Assembly: GCA_041577295.1 (NCBI GenBank)
Contig: JBFGJG010000044.1
Location: forward strand, 1-37,919
Length of the DNA stretch: 37,919 nt
Source of the DNA: Gemmatimonadales bacterium
GTDB lineage: Bacteria > Gemmatimonadota > Gemmatimonadetes > Gemmatimonadales > GWC2-71-9
Direction: 5' to 3'
Shown: positions 25,687-35,568 of the stretch, one piece after another
How the letters are laid out: every line of letters starts with the position of its first letter
Numbering within the stretch: the stretch's first letter is position 1
Position numbers and translations under genes: made by a program
The notes under the pieces: model-generated
Database searches by the model: none
The model's input: only the letters and a program-made list of their open reading frames with translations
Told to the model about the DNA's origin: nothing

Positions 25687-26376
25687 ATGCGAAGAATGAC
25701 TGTGCTCGTGCTCGCTCCCCTTGTCATGGGAGGATGTGGCACGGGCGGCAGCGCCAATCTCGAGACATTCGAGGACAGCGCCAGCTACGCCATCGGGATG
25801 AACATGGGGACGACGCTACGGCGTACCGAGGCAGAGGTCGATATGGCTGCTCTCGTTCACGGGCTCACCGACGTGCTCGAAGATCGGGAGACCCAGCTCA
25901 GCGAAAGCGAGGCTGGGGGGATTCTCCAAGAACTCTCAACCCGGCTGGAGGTGGCGTCGGTGGAACGGCGAAAGACGGACAGCGAGAAAAACAAGCAACA
26001 GGGTGAGGCGTACCGTACGGAAAACGCCAAGAAAACCGGTGTCCAGACAACGGCGAGCGGGCTCCAGTACGAGGTTTTGCAATCAAGTGACGGACCCAAA
26101 CCCAAAGCGACGGACCGCGTGCGCGTGCACTACCGCGGCACTCTCATCGATGGTAAGGAGTTCGACAGCTCTTACAATTCGGGTCAGCCCGTGACCTTCC
26201 CCTTGAATCGGGTCATCTCGGGTTGGACCGAGGCGCTCCAGCTCATGCCGGTGGGGAGCAAGTACCGCATCGTCCTTCCACCCGAGCTCGGATACGGCGC
26301 GCGAGGAGCGCCGCCAGACATTGGCCCGGACGCCACCCTCATCTTCGAGGTGGAGCTGCTCGGAATCGAACAGTAG
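25687..26376 (+). CDS. fkpA: FKBP-type peptidyl-prolyl cis-trans isomerase (FkpA/Mip type)
   Basis: SYAIGMNMG dimerisation domain, TASGLQYEVL, VRVHYRGTLIDGKEFDSSY, VISGWTEALQLM, PPELGYG, TLIFEVELL. Lipobox-like MGGC. Confidence 0.93.
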   Translation: MRRMTVLVLAPLVMGGCGTGGSANLETFEDSASYAIGMNMGTTLRRTEAEVDMAALVHGLTDVLEDRETQLSESEAGGILQELSTRLEVASVERRKTDSEKNKQQGEAYRTENAKKTGVQTTASGLQYEVLQSSDGPKPKATDRVRVHYRGTLIDGKEFDSSYNSGQPVTFPLNRVISGWTEALQLMPVGSKYRIVLPPELGYGARGAPPDIGPDATLIFEVELLGIEQ

Positions 26377-26412
26377 CCCCGTCCACTTTACAAAACTCTT
26401 ACCTTTCATATG

Positions 26413-26448
26413 GCGGCCCGGGGAAACCCCGGGCCGCTCTCCTTTGTA
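26413..26448 (+). terminator. Probable intrinsic terminator after the FKBP gene
   Basis: GCGGCCCGGGG-AAA-CCCCGGGCCGC perfect 11-bp stem followed by pyrimidine-rich TCTCCTTTGT. Confidence 0.7.
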
Positions 26449-26493
26449 TCTAGGTCAATCCCACCATATTTCTCTTGCGCGAGGTCTCGTATC

Positions 26494-28014
26494 ATGCCAT
26501 TCGCAGCTCGGACTGCCGGCAGTGTGTTGTTGGGTGCACTGGGTCTCGCGGGCACTGCCAACGCGCAGCTCAACTCCTCCATGTCCACCCAACGTGAGGC
26601 CCAACGAATTCTCGCCTTTGCGGTCGACGCCATGGGTGGTGCTGACGCCCTCCAACATCTGCGTCAAGCGAGAATCGAGTTATCGAGTCGCCTACTCACG
26701 GAGGGTCAGGGGGCCGGTCCCGATTCCGGCCGCAACGAGCAGCCTGCGAGCCGGGTCATCGTCGAGTACGGCGGCTCACGCGGCGCATTTCAGACGTTCA
26801 ACGGCGAGAACCCCAACTTCCGCGTCGTCACGGGAGACTCGGCGGGAATGTGGGCGCACTTCAGCGCGGGAAACACCGTGTCCGCCGTCGAGCCAGCGGC
26901 GGCCGTGGCGTTCTTTGAGCGCGTCACCCTCAGTCCCACCTACATGTTGGAATGGCTCGATCGGCCGGAGATGCTGCGTAGCCTGGGGACGTTGACGCAC
27001 GAAGGACGTGAACATCACGCCCTTGCGTACGCCGACCCTACAGGTCGTCAGCTCACTCTTTTGTTCGACGCGGTCACGAAGTTGCCGGTTCGCATCGAGA
27101 CGGTCCGGCAGCACGCACAGCACGGGGATCAGGTCGTTTCGGTCGTGTTCTCGGACTACCGCCCGATCGAGGAGATACAGATTCCGCACCATCTGGTTCG
27201 CCTCGAGGGCGATGAGTTGGCAGCGGAGACCATGGTTAGCTCGGTGCGTTTGGGAGGCGAACCAGACCTAGCACTGTTCGAGCGACCGGCGGACGCCACC
27301 GAGGGCCAGCCGATTCAGGTTCCTCCGAGTGGTCCGCGGGAGCTCACGGTCGAGGAGGTGGCCGCGGGTGTTTATATGATTCCCAACGCCAGTCCCGGAT
27401 ACAACGTCATGTACGTGACGTACGATGACGGTATCTTGGTACTCGAAACACCGGTCTCACCGCAGGTCAGCAAGGCAGTCGTTCGGACCATTCGTGATCG
27501 CCATCCCAATCTGCGTATCCGGTGGGCGCTACCCACGCACTATCACTTCGATCACTCCGGTGGGATTTATGGATTTCTCGACGAGGGCGTCACCATCCTC
27601 ACAACGGAGGGGAACCGCGCATTCATGGAGCGTACCGCGGCAGCACACCGCACGATCGGCCGTTTGACGCAAACCACTCCGGTGACACCACGAGTCGAGA
27701 CGTTTCGCAGTCATCACGTCATTGGTGAAGGGACGAGGCGGGTCGAGCTCATTGACGTCGGTCCAAATCCACACGCCGATGAGATCGTCGTTGCGTATCT
27801 CCCGGGGATCAAAGTCCTGTTCGTCGCCGATCTCTACAGCTTTCAGGGCAACGTCACAGCGGCCAATCAGAATGCGCTTGCGTTTGCCGACCGCCTCGAA
27901 GCGTTGAACCTCGATTTCGATTCAATTATTCCGGTGCACGGCCAACGGGCAACGGCGGAGCAGTTCTGGGAATCGATCCGCCAGGGGCGTGAGCAGAATC
28001 AGGCCGGGGGGTGA
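26494..28014 (+). CDS. Exported MBL-fold metallo-hydrolase with N-terminal extension
   Basis: Signal peptide ending ANA-Q, AVDAMGG, THYHFDHSGG (HxHxDH), PHADE, LFVADL, IIPVHG. Confidence 0.88.
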   Translation: MPFAARTAGSVLLGALGLAGTANAQLNSSMSTQREAQRILAFAVDAMGGADALQHLRQARIELSSRLLTEGQGAGPDSGRNEQPASRVIVEYGGSRGAFQTFNGENPNFRVVTGDSAGMWAHFSAGNTVSAVEPAAAVAFFERVTLSPTYMLEWLDRPEMLRSLGTLTHEGREHHALAYADPTGRQLTLLFDAVTKLPVRIETVRQHAQHGDQVVSVVFSDYRPIEEIQIPHHLVRLEGDELAAETMVSSVRLGGEPDLALFERPADATEGQPIQVPPSGPRELTVEEVAAGVYMIPNASPGYNVMYVTYDDGILVLETPVSPQVSKAVVRTIRDRHPNLRIRWALPTHYHFDHSGGIYGFLDEGVTILTTEGNRAFMERTAAAHRTIGRLTQTTPVTPRVETFRSHHVIGEGTRRVELIDVGPNPHADEIVVAYLPGIKVLFVADLYSFQGNVTAANQNALAFADRLEALNLDFDSIIPVHGQRATAEQFWESIRQGREQNQAGG

Positions 28015-28039
28015 GTTGGCTCGGTCCACTAAATACGAA

Positions 28040-28063
28040 GGCGCCCGGCGTGAGCCGGGCGCC
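28040..28063. terminator. GC hairpin between convergent genes (possible bidirectional terminator)
   Basis: GGCGCCCGGC-GTGA-GCCGGGCGCC, perfect 10-bp stem with a GNRA loop. No strong U-tract. Confidence 0.55.
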
Positions 28064-28089
28064 CGGGAGTTCTTGGCCCGCCATGACCA

Positions 28090-28716
28090 TCACCGCGGTC
28101 CTACCGCGGCACCCTCCCACTCTGCGATCACTTCTTTCGATGACCGCAGTTGCCGGTCGGGATCGCTCGCGTACCAAGTCTTAAAATACTCGATGCCACT
28201 GAGGTGAGCTTCTTCGGTGAACGCTTCGAGCGCATCGGTCACCCACACGAGATCGTAACCACGCTGAAATGCGTCTCCCGACGTATGCCGGGCACAGCAG
28301 TCCGTGTGCAGACCAGTAATGTAGAGACGCTTGATACTGCGGGCTTGAAGCTGCTTGTGGATGTCGCTGCTCACGAAGGGGCTGTAGGTGCGCTTTTCAA
28401 TCACGACATCGCCAGGCGCGGGCGTCAGCTCCGGCACGATCTCGGCCTCTTTCGTCCCTTTCATCGCGTGGGGTGGCCACTTGACCAGCTCACTGTCCGT
28501 TGGCTTGTGCGCGTCGGTGGCATAGACCACGGTGATCCCAACTTCCCTCGCGGCGTCAATCAACTTCTTCAATGTCGGGATGATCCGCTTGGCACGCCGC
28601 TGGTATTCGGCTCCACCAGCGTCCGCGATGACCCCCCCGGGGTACACGAAGTCATTTGCTAGGTCAATGATGACAAGAGCGCTCTCTTCCGGGTGAAACG
28701 GTGGGCGTTTGGACAT
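28090..28716 (-). CDS. Isochorismatase-like cysteine hydrolase
   Basis: ALVIIDLANDF (D), WPPHAMKGT, IEKRTYSPF (K), ITGLHTDCCARHT (C): catalytic triad present. Confidence 0.92.
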   Translation of the reverse strand: MSKRPPFHPEESALVIIDLANDFVYPGGVIADAGGAEYQRRAKRIIPTLKKLIDAAREVGITVVYATDAHKPTDSELVKWPPHAMKGTKEAEIVPELTPAPGDVVIEKRTYSPFVSSDIHKQLQARSIKRLYITGLHTDCCARHTSGDAFQRGYDLVWVTDALEAFTEEAHLSGIEYFKTWYASDPDRQLRSSKEVIAEWEGAAVGPR

Positions 28717-28880
28717 ACGCGTCTCCCATTGGTGAATGGTCTCCCGGCAGGGGGCCGATTGGGCAACGCCTTGACTCAAAGGAGATTTTGAGCCGCTCCC
28801 ACCGGGGGCACCTTTACTAGGGGTGCCACCTCAAAAATAGCCACTTCGGGCGCACAAAACCTCAACCGATCTTCATTTAT

Positions 28881-29981
28881 TTATCTGGATGACCCATCCG
28901 CGAGAGTCGTCGCGGGAAGCGCCCGTATGATGGTGGCAGCGTCCCCGACGATCCGCTCCATGAGCTCAGCGACCGTAGGCAGGTCGTTGATGCGACCGGC
29001 CACCTCACCGCCAAGCATCAGCGATCCTTCGAGATCGTTCCCCTGGACTAGCCGTAACAGTCCGTTCAGCTCGTGATTGAGGATCTGCTTGTCGAGACCA
29101 ACGGGTTGACCCTTGAGCAAGGCGGGCGCACGCTCAATGGTCAGATCCTGGAGCGTAATGGAGAATTGGTTCTTGAGCAGACGCATCGGTCCAAACATCC
29201 CCCGTCCAACCACAGTGTCACGATCTGAGCTCTGCAGCACCGCCTCCTTCCACACGTCCCAGAAATCACACTCTCTCGTTGCAATGAACCGAGTTCCCAT
29301 CTGAACGCCCACCGCCCCCATCGCGAGCGCTGCGGCGAGTGTCCGCCCATCACAGATCCCGCCGGCGGCGATGACCGGAAGCGCAGTGGCTTCCACAACC
29401 CCGGGGATCAAGACCATCGAGTGCACGGGCTGCCACGACACATGGCCCCCAGCCTCGTGGCCCGACGCGATGACCGCGTCGACGCCGGCTTCTTCGGCAA
29501 TGGCGGTCTGTGCGATGGACGGGACGACGTGAAACCACGTGAGATCACTGCGACGTATCAGGTCCGTCCAGGGACGCGGATCGCCGGCCGACGTTATCAC
29601 CACACGGAGCCGACGCTCGAGCTCCGGATCGGCCGAACGGCTCGCGAGCACCGCCTCGATGAGCCTGCTTGCCGCGGCGGTGAACTCCGCCGAGACAGGA
29701 CAGTTCACGCCAAAAACACCACTGGTCTCCGCGGTCTGTTGCTTTACGAACTGCAGGCTTCGCTCCACGTACTCCTCGGTGGTTCCCTCCCCGAACACCA
29801 CGGCTGGATCCACGGGCGTCACGTCACAGTGTTGCACACCCATCCCCATGAGGCTCACCACACCCAGCCCGCCGGCGTTCGCCGTTGCCGCGCAGAGCTT
29901 GTTGGTGCTGTACGGTCCCATCCCGCCCTGGATCACTGGATGTTCGATTCCCAAGGCGCTGGTAAGCCACGTTTTCAGCAT
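28881..29981 (-). CDS. Nitronate monooxygenase/FabK-like FMN oxidoreductase
   Basis: LGIEHPVIQGGMG, NAGGLG, GHEAGGH, PVIAAGGICDGR, GVQMGTRFIATRE. Confidence 0.9.
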   Translation of the reverse strand: MLKTWLTSALGIEHPVIQGGMGPYSTNKLCAATANAGGLGVVSLMGMGVQHCDVTPVDPAVVFGEGTTEEYVERSLQFVKQQTAETSGVFGVNCPVSAEFTAAASRLIEAVLASRSADPELERRLRVVITSAGDPRPWTDLIRRSDLTWFHVVPSIAQTAIAEEAGVDAVIASGHEAGGHVSWQPVHSMVLIPGVVEATALPVIAAGGICDGRTLAAALAMGAVGVQMGTRFIATRECDFWDVWKEAVLQSSDRDTVVGRGMFGPMRLLKNQFSITLQDLTIERAPALLKGQPVGLDKQILNHELNGLLRLVQGNDLEGSLMLGGEVAGRINDLPTVAELMERIVGDAATIIRALPATTLADGSSR

Positions 29982-30000
29982 GGGAGCCCTCGCTGGCAGC

Positions 30001-31308
30001 TCAATCCGTTTGTACGCTCCGTCCTAATCGGTACAGCAGGACCGCCGCACGCTTAGCCTGGAGCGGAAGCGTCTTCAGATCGATCCACTCATCGACAGTA
30101 TGATCGTCACCCCCGCCGGTGCCGAGTCCATCGATCGCCATCTCTACCAGGCCAGCGGTGAATGAGACGTCCGCCGCGCCGGCGGCGCGTGGATCGACAG
30201 CGGTCACCGGTCCAAAGCCCAGATCTCGACTGACCTGATCGTAGAGCGCAAGCAGTCGGCGATTGCCGTCGGTCGGGGCCAGAGGTGGATACGAGTCGGT
30301 AAACGTGAGCTCTGCCGAAGTGTGCGGCAGGTTGTGGCCAACGATCCGTTGCATCTGTTCCTTCGCGTGTGCCAGCTGCTCCGGCGAAATGGCACGCAGA
30401 TCACCGGTGACGATCGCATGCTCGGCAACGACGTTGCCCTTTCCGAATGCCGTGCCGCGAGACTGGGTCTCGTCGTACTCGACATCGGTACCGGCGAGCA
30501 TGACGCCCGGGTTGAAGGTCAAGAGCCGTTCGCCCGACAAGTCTTCGTAGAAGCGATGGAGAATGCGAGCGGACTCGTAGATGGCACCTGCGCCGACGGT
30601 CTCTCGAAAGATCTGGGACGAGTGTGCTGGCCGGCCTTTCACCCGGAGGCGCCATCCCGTGGATCCACGCCGCGCAATCACAGCGGTGCGTGGGTCACTG
30701 TCGCCGTTCTCGAACCCGATGGCGATATCCGCCCAGTCGGCTGCTTCGATGAGCGCCTGGCGTGCCAGGTCTAATGGACGACCGCTGCGCTCTTCGTCAC
30801 CCGTCATGACCACGGTGATGTTCATGCCATCGAGAGCGCCCGCTGCCTGCAGTGCCTTCAAGGCGTACACGATCACCACGTTGCCGCCCTTCATATCCAC
30901 CACGCCGGGCCCGCGTCCGGCAGAGTCGTTGATGACCTCGTACCGCTGGAACGGACTGTCCGGCTCGAAGACGGTATCGAGATGGCCGATGAGCAGCAGC
31001 CGAGGACCGCTCCCACGCCGCTCGGCGACGAGGTGCCCCGCGCGGTCAAATGCAGCACCGTCAACCCACCGGGTGGTAAACCCCAGCGCATCAAACTCGG
31101 CGCGAAACACGTCTCCCACAGCGCGCACACCGGCAAAATTCATTGTGCCGCTATTCATGTTGACGACCCGTTCGAGGAGGGCGTGGGCAGCGGTCGTTTG
31201 CCCATCGAGGTACCGAACCATCCGCCGCTCGACCGCAGCCTCCTGACCAGTGAGCGGTTCCCCAACCAGAAGGACGCTGAGCGCTAAGCACCCAATCTTG
31301 TATCGCAT
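30001..31308 (-). CDS. M20/M25/M40 metallopeptidase (glutamate carboxypeptidase-like), exported
   Basis: Signal peptide from ATG 31308. LLIGHLDTVF, GPGVVDMKGG, GDEE, AHSS, GAADVS, HTVDE. Confidence 0.92.
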   Translation of the reverse strand: MRYKIGCLALSVLLVGEPLTGQEAAVERRMVRYLDGQTTAAHALLERVVNMNSGTMNFAGVRAVGDVFRAEFDALGFTTRWVDGAAFDRAGHLVAERRGSGPRLLLIGHLDTVFEPDSPFQRYEVINDSAGRGPGVVDMKGGNVVIVYALKALQAAGALDGMNITVVMTGDEERSGRPLDLARQALIEAADWADIAIGFENGDSDPRTAVIARRGSTGWRLRVKGRPAHSSQIFRETVGAGAIYESARILHRFYEDLSGERLLTFNPGVMLAGTDVEYDETQSRGTAFGKGNVVAEHAIVTGDLRAISPEQLAHAKEQMQRIVGHNLPHTSAELTFTDSYPPLAPTDGNRRLLALYDQVSRDLGFGPVTAVDPRAAGAADVSFTAGLVEMAIDGLGTGGGDDHTVDEWIDLKTLPLQAKRAAVLLYRLGRSVQTD

Positions 31309-31350
31309 GAACGACATCTCCCCTTGTTGATCGGTGACGGTCCCTTCAAG

Positions 31351-31443
31351 GTACGCAGTTGTAGGGAGGACGCAGTAGGGGAGAGGCAGTGAGCAGGGAC
31401 CAGCAAAGGGGGTAGGTGCTTGCGCAGGCCGGGTAGCGGGGGG
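31351..31443. repeat. Purine/G-rich degenerate heptamer-like tract in the divergent intergenic region
   Basis: ...GCAGTAG GGGAGAG GCAGTGA GCAGGGA CCAGCAA... with six runs of three or more G. A related GTGAGCA GTGAGCA GTGA run lies at 2424-2441. Confidence 0.4.
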
Positions 31444-31552
31444 ACTGTCCTTAAGTGAGATTTCTTTTTCACCCTGTAACAAGGCATTCACAGTGCTCGG
31501 TCGATTTCGCCGCTTTAGAGAAGCCCAAAGCCCTGGTGCCAAGGAGATCGCG

Positions 31553-32437
31553 ATGCACACGACCGGCGTCGAATCCCGGCGAGGAGGAGTCACGAAACCG
31601 CGTCACGCCGATATCGATTGTTGGGGCCTCACCCACGCAGGCAAGGTGCGGAAGGACAATCAGGATCACTACTTCGTGGGTTCACTCTCGCGCGGGGTGG
31701 TGGTCGACACGACCAGCCTCGGCGCTGATATCCAGCCACTCGTCGAGCAGGAACGACTGGCATCGTTAGCGATGGTGGCGGATGGGGTGGGAAGCAGTCG
31801 TGGTGGAGAGGAGGCGGCTCGTTGCGCGATCGCGGCCCTGGTGCGAGAGGTGGGAAGACGGTTTCACGATGCTCAATACCAAGAGCACAGCGATCCGGAG
31901 GTCTTCTCCCGATTACTCCAGGAGGCCGCGGTCGCGTGTCACGAAGATTTGCTCGAGCGCGCCGAGAAGGACTCGGAGCGGATGCGATTCGCCACGACCC
32001 TCACGCTGTTCCTCGGCCTCTGGCCGCACGCCTACTTACTCCAGGTGGGCGATAGTCGCTGCTACATGTACCAGGACGATACGCTGACACAGATCACCCG
32101 CGACCAAACGATGGCGCAGGAGCTCATCGACAAAGGCGTCCTGACCCGAACGAAAGCTCACGCCACGAAGTGGGCCAATGTGCTTTCGAGCGCCATTGGT
32201 GGCGAGCAAGCGGCGCCGACCGTCACGAGCCTCGTTCGTGATTGGGGGACTGTGATCTTGTTGTGCACGGACGGCCTCACCAAGCATGTCCCGGACGACC
32301 GAATCAAGGAACGCGTCGCGAGCATGTCGAATGCCCGCCAACTGTGCGAGGATCTGCTCGAGGACGCGCTCGCCGACGGTGGGAGCGACAACATCAGCAT
32401 TGTCGTAGGCCGCACGGTCAAGCCTCGAGAGGCGTGA
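31553..32437 (+). CDS. PP2C-family Ser/Thr protein phosphatase
   Basis: AAGGAG RBS. THAGKVRKDNQD, MVADGVG, ATTLT, QVGDSRCY, ITRDQT, LLCTDGL, GGSDNISIVV. Confidence 0.95.
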   Translation: MHTTGVESRRGGVTKPRHADIDCWGLTHAGKVRKDNQDHYFVGSLSRGVVVDTTSLGADIQPLVEQERLASLAMVADGVGSSRGGEEAARCAIAALVREVGRRFHDAQYQEHSDPEVFSRLLQEAAVACHEDLLERAEKDSERMRFATTLTLFLGLWPHAYLLQVGDSRCYMYQDDTLTQITRDQTMAQELIDKGVLTRTKAHATKWANVLSSAIGGEQAAPTVTSLVRDWGTVILLCTDGLTKHVPDDRIKERVASMSNARQLCEDLLEDALADGGSDNISIVVGRTVKPREA

Positions 32438-34677
32438 CGGAGTCTTCCGATCGTCTCACCCAGGCCCTTGGCGAGCGATACCGAGTGGAGCGCGCGATCG
32501 GAAGCGGCGGCATGGCCACTGTCTTTCTCGCCGAGGATTTGAAGCATCGGCGTCGGGTAGCCATCAAAGTGCTTCGGCCCGAACTTGCCGCCGCAATTGG
32601 TCCCGAGCGTTTCCTCCGCGAGATCGAACACACCGCCAAGCTCCATCACCCACACATTCTCCAGCTATACGATTCCGGCAACAGCGACGGACTCCTCTAC
32701 TACGTCATGCCGTTCGTGGAAGGCGAGTCGCTCCGCCAGCAGTTGGACCGCCAGGGAAAGCTCCGAGTGGCCGAAGCACTGACGATCGCGCAGGAGGTGG
32801 CGGATGCCCTCGGGTATGCTCATGAGCGCGGCTTAGTACACCGGGATATCAAGCCGGAAAATATTCTTCTCGAATCCGGTCACGCTTTGGTAGCGGACTT
32901 TGGGATTGCGCGTGTTTTGAGCGGTGACGGTTCCGAGCGGCTGACTGCGACCGGTGTCGCGGTCGGAACGCCCAGCTATATGAGTCCTGAGCAGGCCGCT
33001 GGAGATGCAAACGTGGACGGGCGGAGCGATCTCTACAGTCTCGGTTGCGTGACATTCGAGATGTTGACCGGCCAAGCACCCTTCACGGGTCCTTCCCTTC
33101 AGGCCGTCCTTGCCAAGCGGTTCACTGAAGATCCGCCCGACGTCGCATCGCTCCGTCCCGAGATCGCCGACCGGTTACGGAACGTGGTGTCAACACTCCT
33201 CGCGCGCGAGCCGACACAGCGATTTGCCACGGCGGCAGATCTCGTCCGGGCGTTGCGGGACCAAACGGACAACGTTGGCCAGGCTCCGCATGTGCCGTCC
33301 AGCGATCGTTCCACCCTTCTTGCTGTGCTGCCGTTCAAGGATTTTTCGGCGGGTGCCGACCAGGAATGGTTCGCGGCGGGTACGCACGAAGCGTTGCTCA
33401 TCGCCCTGCAACAGATCGGCAAGCTTCGCGTCACGTCGCGCGCATCGGCGATGCACTTCCAGAAAACTGACATGCGTTCTTCCGAGATTGCAAAGGAGCT
33501 CAAGGTCCATTGGCTAGTGGACGGCTCGGTTGTGCGTTCGGGCGATCGGATCAGGATAACCGCGCAGCTGATTGACGGCCCAACGGAAACACACGTGTGG
33601 GCCAATCAATATGAGCGCGATGTCCGCGACGTCCTTGCGGTACAGAGCGAGGTCGCAAGGGCCGTTGCGAAGGAGATTCACGTCGCCATCTCGCCAGAGG
33701 AGGTACAACGACTCGACGGCACCCCTCAGGTGGATCCAGAAACTTATAAGGACTACATCCTAGGCCTTCACCATTTCGATCGAGTCACACCCAACGACTT
33801 CCGACGATGCGTACAGCACTTCGAGCGTGCGATTGCCGCCGACGCGAGCTTCGCACGCGCGCACGCCGCACTGACCGTGGCGTACGGTATCGCGGTCGAG
33901 TACGGCTGGACCTCACGGACGGCGGCTCGCGCTCCAGCGCAACGCGCTGCAAGGGAGGCGCTGCGACTCGATCCCGGTTCCGGTGACTCGCATCACGCGC
34001 AGGCAAGTTTTCTCTTTCACATGCAACGGGACTTTCCGGCGGCGGAGCGAGCCTTCCAAAAGGCCCTCGCCCTTACAACGAACGCGTACGCCTTGCTCGG
34101 ATACGGTTGGTTGCTGAGCCAGATGGGACGCCACGACGAGGCTGTTGCCGTATTGGAGCGAGCAGTCGTGCTCGACCCGCTCTCGTCACTCATGCACGGG
34201 GATCTCGGGTGGTGGCTGTATGGGGCAAGGCGTTATCCGGAGGCTATCGAACAGGCAACCGAGGCCATCGCACTGGATCCAACGTTTCCGGAGGGCTACT
34301 GGCTGCTCGCCTCCGCCCAGGCACAGCTGGGACAGTATGACGAATCGCTTCGCAATTTTGGGCGCTACGAGGATCTCTATGGCCAACCGGTGGATTGGTT
34401 TCGCGGTTACCTGCTTGGGCTGGCCGATCGTCGAGAGCAAGCACACGCAGCGTTGGACATCGTCAAGCAGCGAGTTGAAACGGGTGACACCCAACACATT
34501 GAGCTCGCGCAAGTGTATTTGGGGCTCGGTGAGCACGAGCGCGTACTCGACGTGCTCGACTCCGCCCCGGAGGCCGGCGTGTCGTTCCAGCCGTATCTCT
34601 GGCCAGAGTACGAACCATTGCTGAGTCACCCTCGCATGGCTGCTGTGCTCAAGCGACACGGAATACCGATCAAATGA
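32434..34677 (+). CDS. Hanks-type Ser/Thr protein kinase with TolB-like linker domain and TPR repeats
   Basis: GTG overlaps the PP2C TGA. IGSGGMATV, VAIK, HRDIKPEN, DFGIA, GTPSYMSPEQ, DLYSLG; LAVLPF...RITAQLID; C-terminal TPRs. Confidence 0.95.
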   Translation: MTESSDRLTQALGERYRVERAIGSGGMATVFLAEDLKHRRRVAIKVLRPELAAAIGPERFLREIEHTAKLHHPHILQLYDSGNSDGLLYYVMPFVEGESLRQQLDRQGKLRVAEALTIAQEVADALGYAHERGLVHRDIKPENILLESGHALVADFGIARVLSGDGSERLTATGVAVGTPSYMSPEQAAGDANVDGRSDLYSLGCVTFEMLTGQAPFTGPSLQAVLAKRFTEDPPDVASLRPEIADRLRNVVSTLLAREPTQRFATAADLVRALRDQTDNVGQAPHVPSSDRSTLLAVLPFKDFSAGADQEWFAAGTHEALLIALQQIGKLRVTSRASAMHFQKTDMRSSEIAKELKVHWLVDGSVVRSGDRIRITAQLIDGPTETHVWANQYERDVRDVLAVQSEVARAVAKEIHVAISPEEVQRLDGTPQVDPETYKDYILGLHHFDRVTPNDFRRCVQHFERAIAADASFARAHAALTVAYGIAVEYGWTSRTAARAPAQRAAREALRLDPGSGDSHHAQASFLFHMQRDFPAAERAFQKALALTTNAYALLGYGWLLSQMGRHDEAVAVLERAVVLDPLSSLMHGDLGWWLYGARRYPEAIEQATEAIALDPTFPEGYWLLASAQAQLGQYDESLRNFGRYEDLYGQPVDWFRGYLLGLADRREQAHAALDIVKQRVETGDTQHIELAQVYLGLGEHERVLDVLDSAPEAGVSFQPYLWPEYEPLLSHPRMAAVLKRHGIPIK

Positions 34678-34704
34678 TGAGTACTGCTCGTCCATTTGCC
34701 TTCA

Positions 34705-35568
34705 ATGACTGAATCACGAGTCACTACACTCATCGACCCAGATGATCTCTCATGGCAAGGCAGTAGCACCGATTGGGCCATCGTCGACTGCCGGTTCTCC
34801 CTCGCGGATCCCGCGGCAGGACGCCGGGCCTACCAAGAACGCCACATTCCAGGTGCCGTGTACGCGCACCTCGACGAGGACCTCTCGGGCCCCATCGTGC
34901 CTGGTGTCTCGGGCCGACATCCACTTCCATCCATCCATGCCTTCGTCGCAACACTATCGAGGTGGGGTATCGACGACCGCGTGCAAGTGGTCGCGTACGA
35001 CGACAGCGGCGGCGCGATCGCCGCCAGGCTGTGGTGGATGCTCCGCTGGCTGGGACACGAAGCGGTTGCCGTGCTCAATGGAGGTTTCCCCACGTGGTTG
35101 GAGCGGGGGTACCCCACGACCTCGGGTCGGGAACGACGCCCCCCGAGAGTCTTCACCCCGCGGCCACACCAAGAACTCTTCGCCGACGCGGAGACGGTGG
35201 CGCGTATCGCGCACGATCCGTCGTATCGCGTCGTCGATGCACGCGGGGCGGATCGCTACCGCGGTGAGAACGAAACCATCGACCCTGTCGCCGGCCACAT
35301 TCCCGGAGCCATCTCGCTCCCCTACGCCGCGAACCTGCGACCGGACAAGACGTTTCGACCGGCACACGAGCTACGCAAACGGTTCACCGAGGTGCTGGGC
35401 GAGATGAGTTCGGACCGTGTCGTGTGTTACTGTGGCTCGGGCGTCACCGCGTGTCACAACCTGTTGGCGATGGTGCACGCGGGGATGGGAGAGGCCACGC
35501 TCTATGCGGGCTCGTGGAGCGAGTGGATCACTGACCCCAATCGGCCGGTGGCGACGGGAGAGACTTAG
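34705..35568 (+). CDS. sseA: Tandem-rhodanese sulfurtransferase (3-mercaptopyruvate/thiosulfate, SseA type)
   Basis: IVDCRF, HIPGAVY, GRHPLP, ARLWWMLRWLG, VAGHIPGA, active-site CGSGVTAC, LYAGSWSEW. Confidence 0.9.
   Translation: MTESRVTTLIDPDDLSWQGSSTDWAIVDCRFSLADPAAGRRAYQERHIPGAVYAHLDEDLSGPIVPGVSGRHPLPSIHAFVATLSRWGIDDRVQVVAYDDSGGAIAARLWWMLRWLGHEAVAVLNGGFPTWLERGYPTTSGRERRPPRVFTPRPHQELFADAETVARIAHDPSYRVVDARGADRYRGENETIDPVAGHIPGAISLPYAANLRPDKTFRPAHELRKRFTEVLGEMSSDRVVCYCGSGVTACHNLLAMVHAGMGEATLYAGSWSEWITDPNRPVATGET

Noticed and set aside
28776..28840. Short inverted repeats (CTCAAA/TTTGAG, GGCACC/GGTGCC) and a TGGCAC word upstream of the isochorismatase gene
   Set aside because: Arms are only 6 bp, and TGGCAC lacks the GC at -12 spacing, so neither a sigma54 promoter nor a terminator can be supported.
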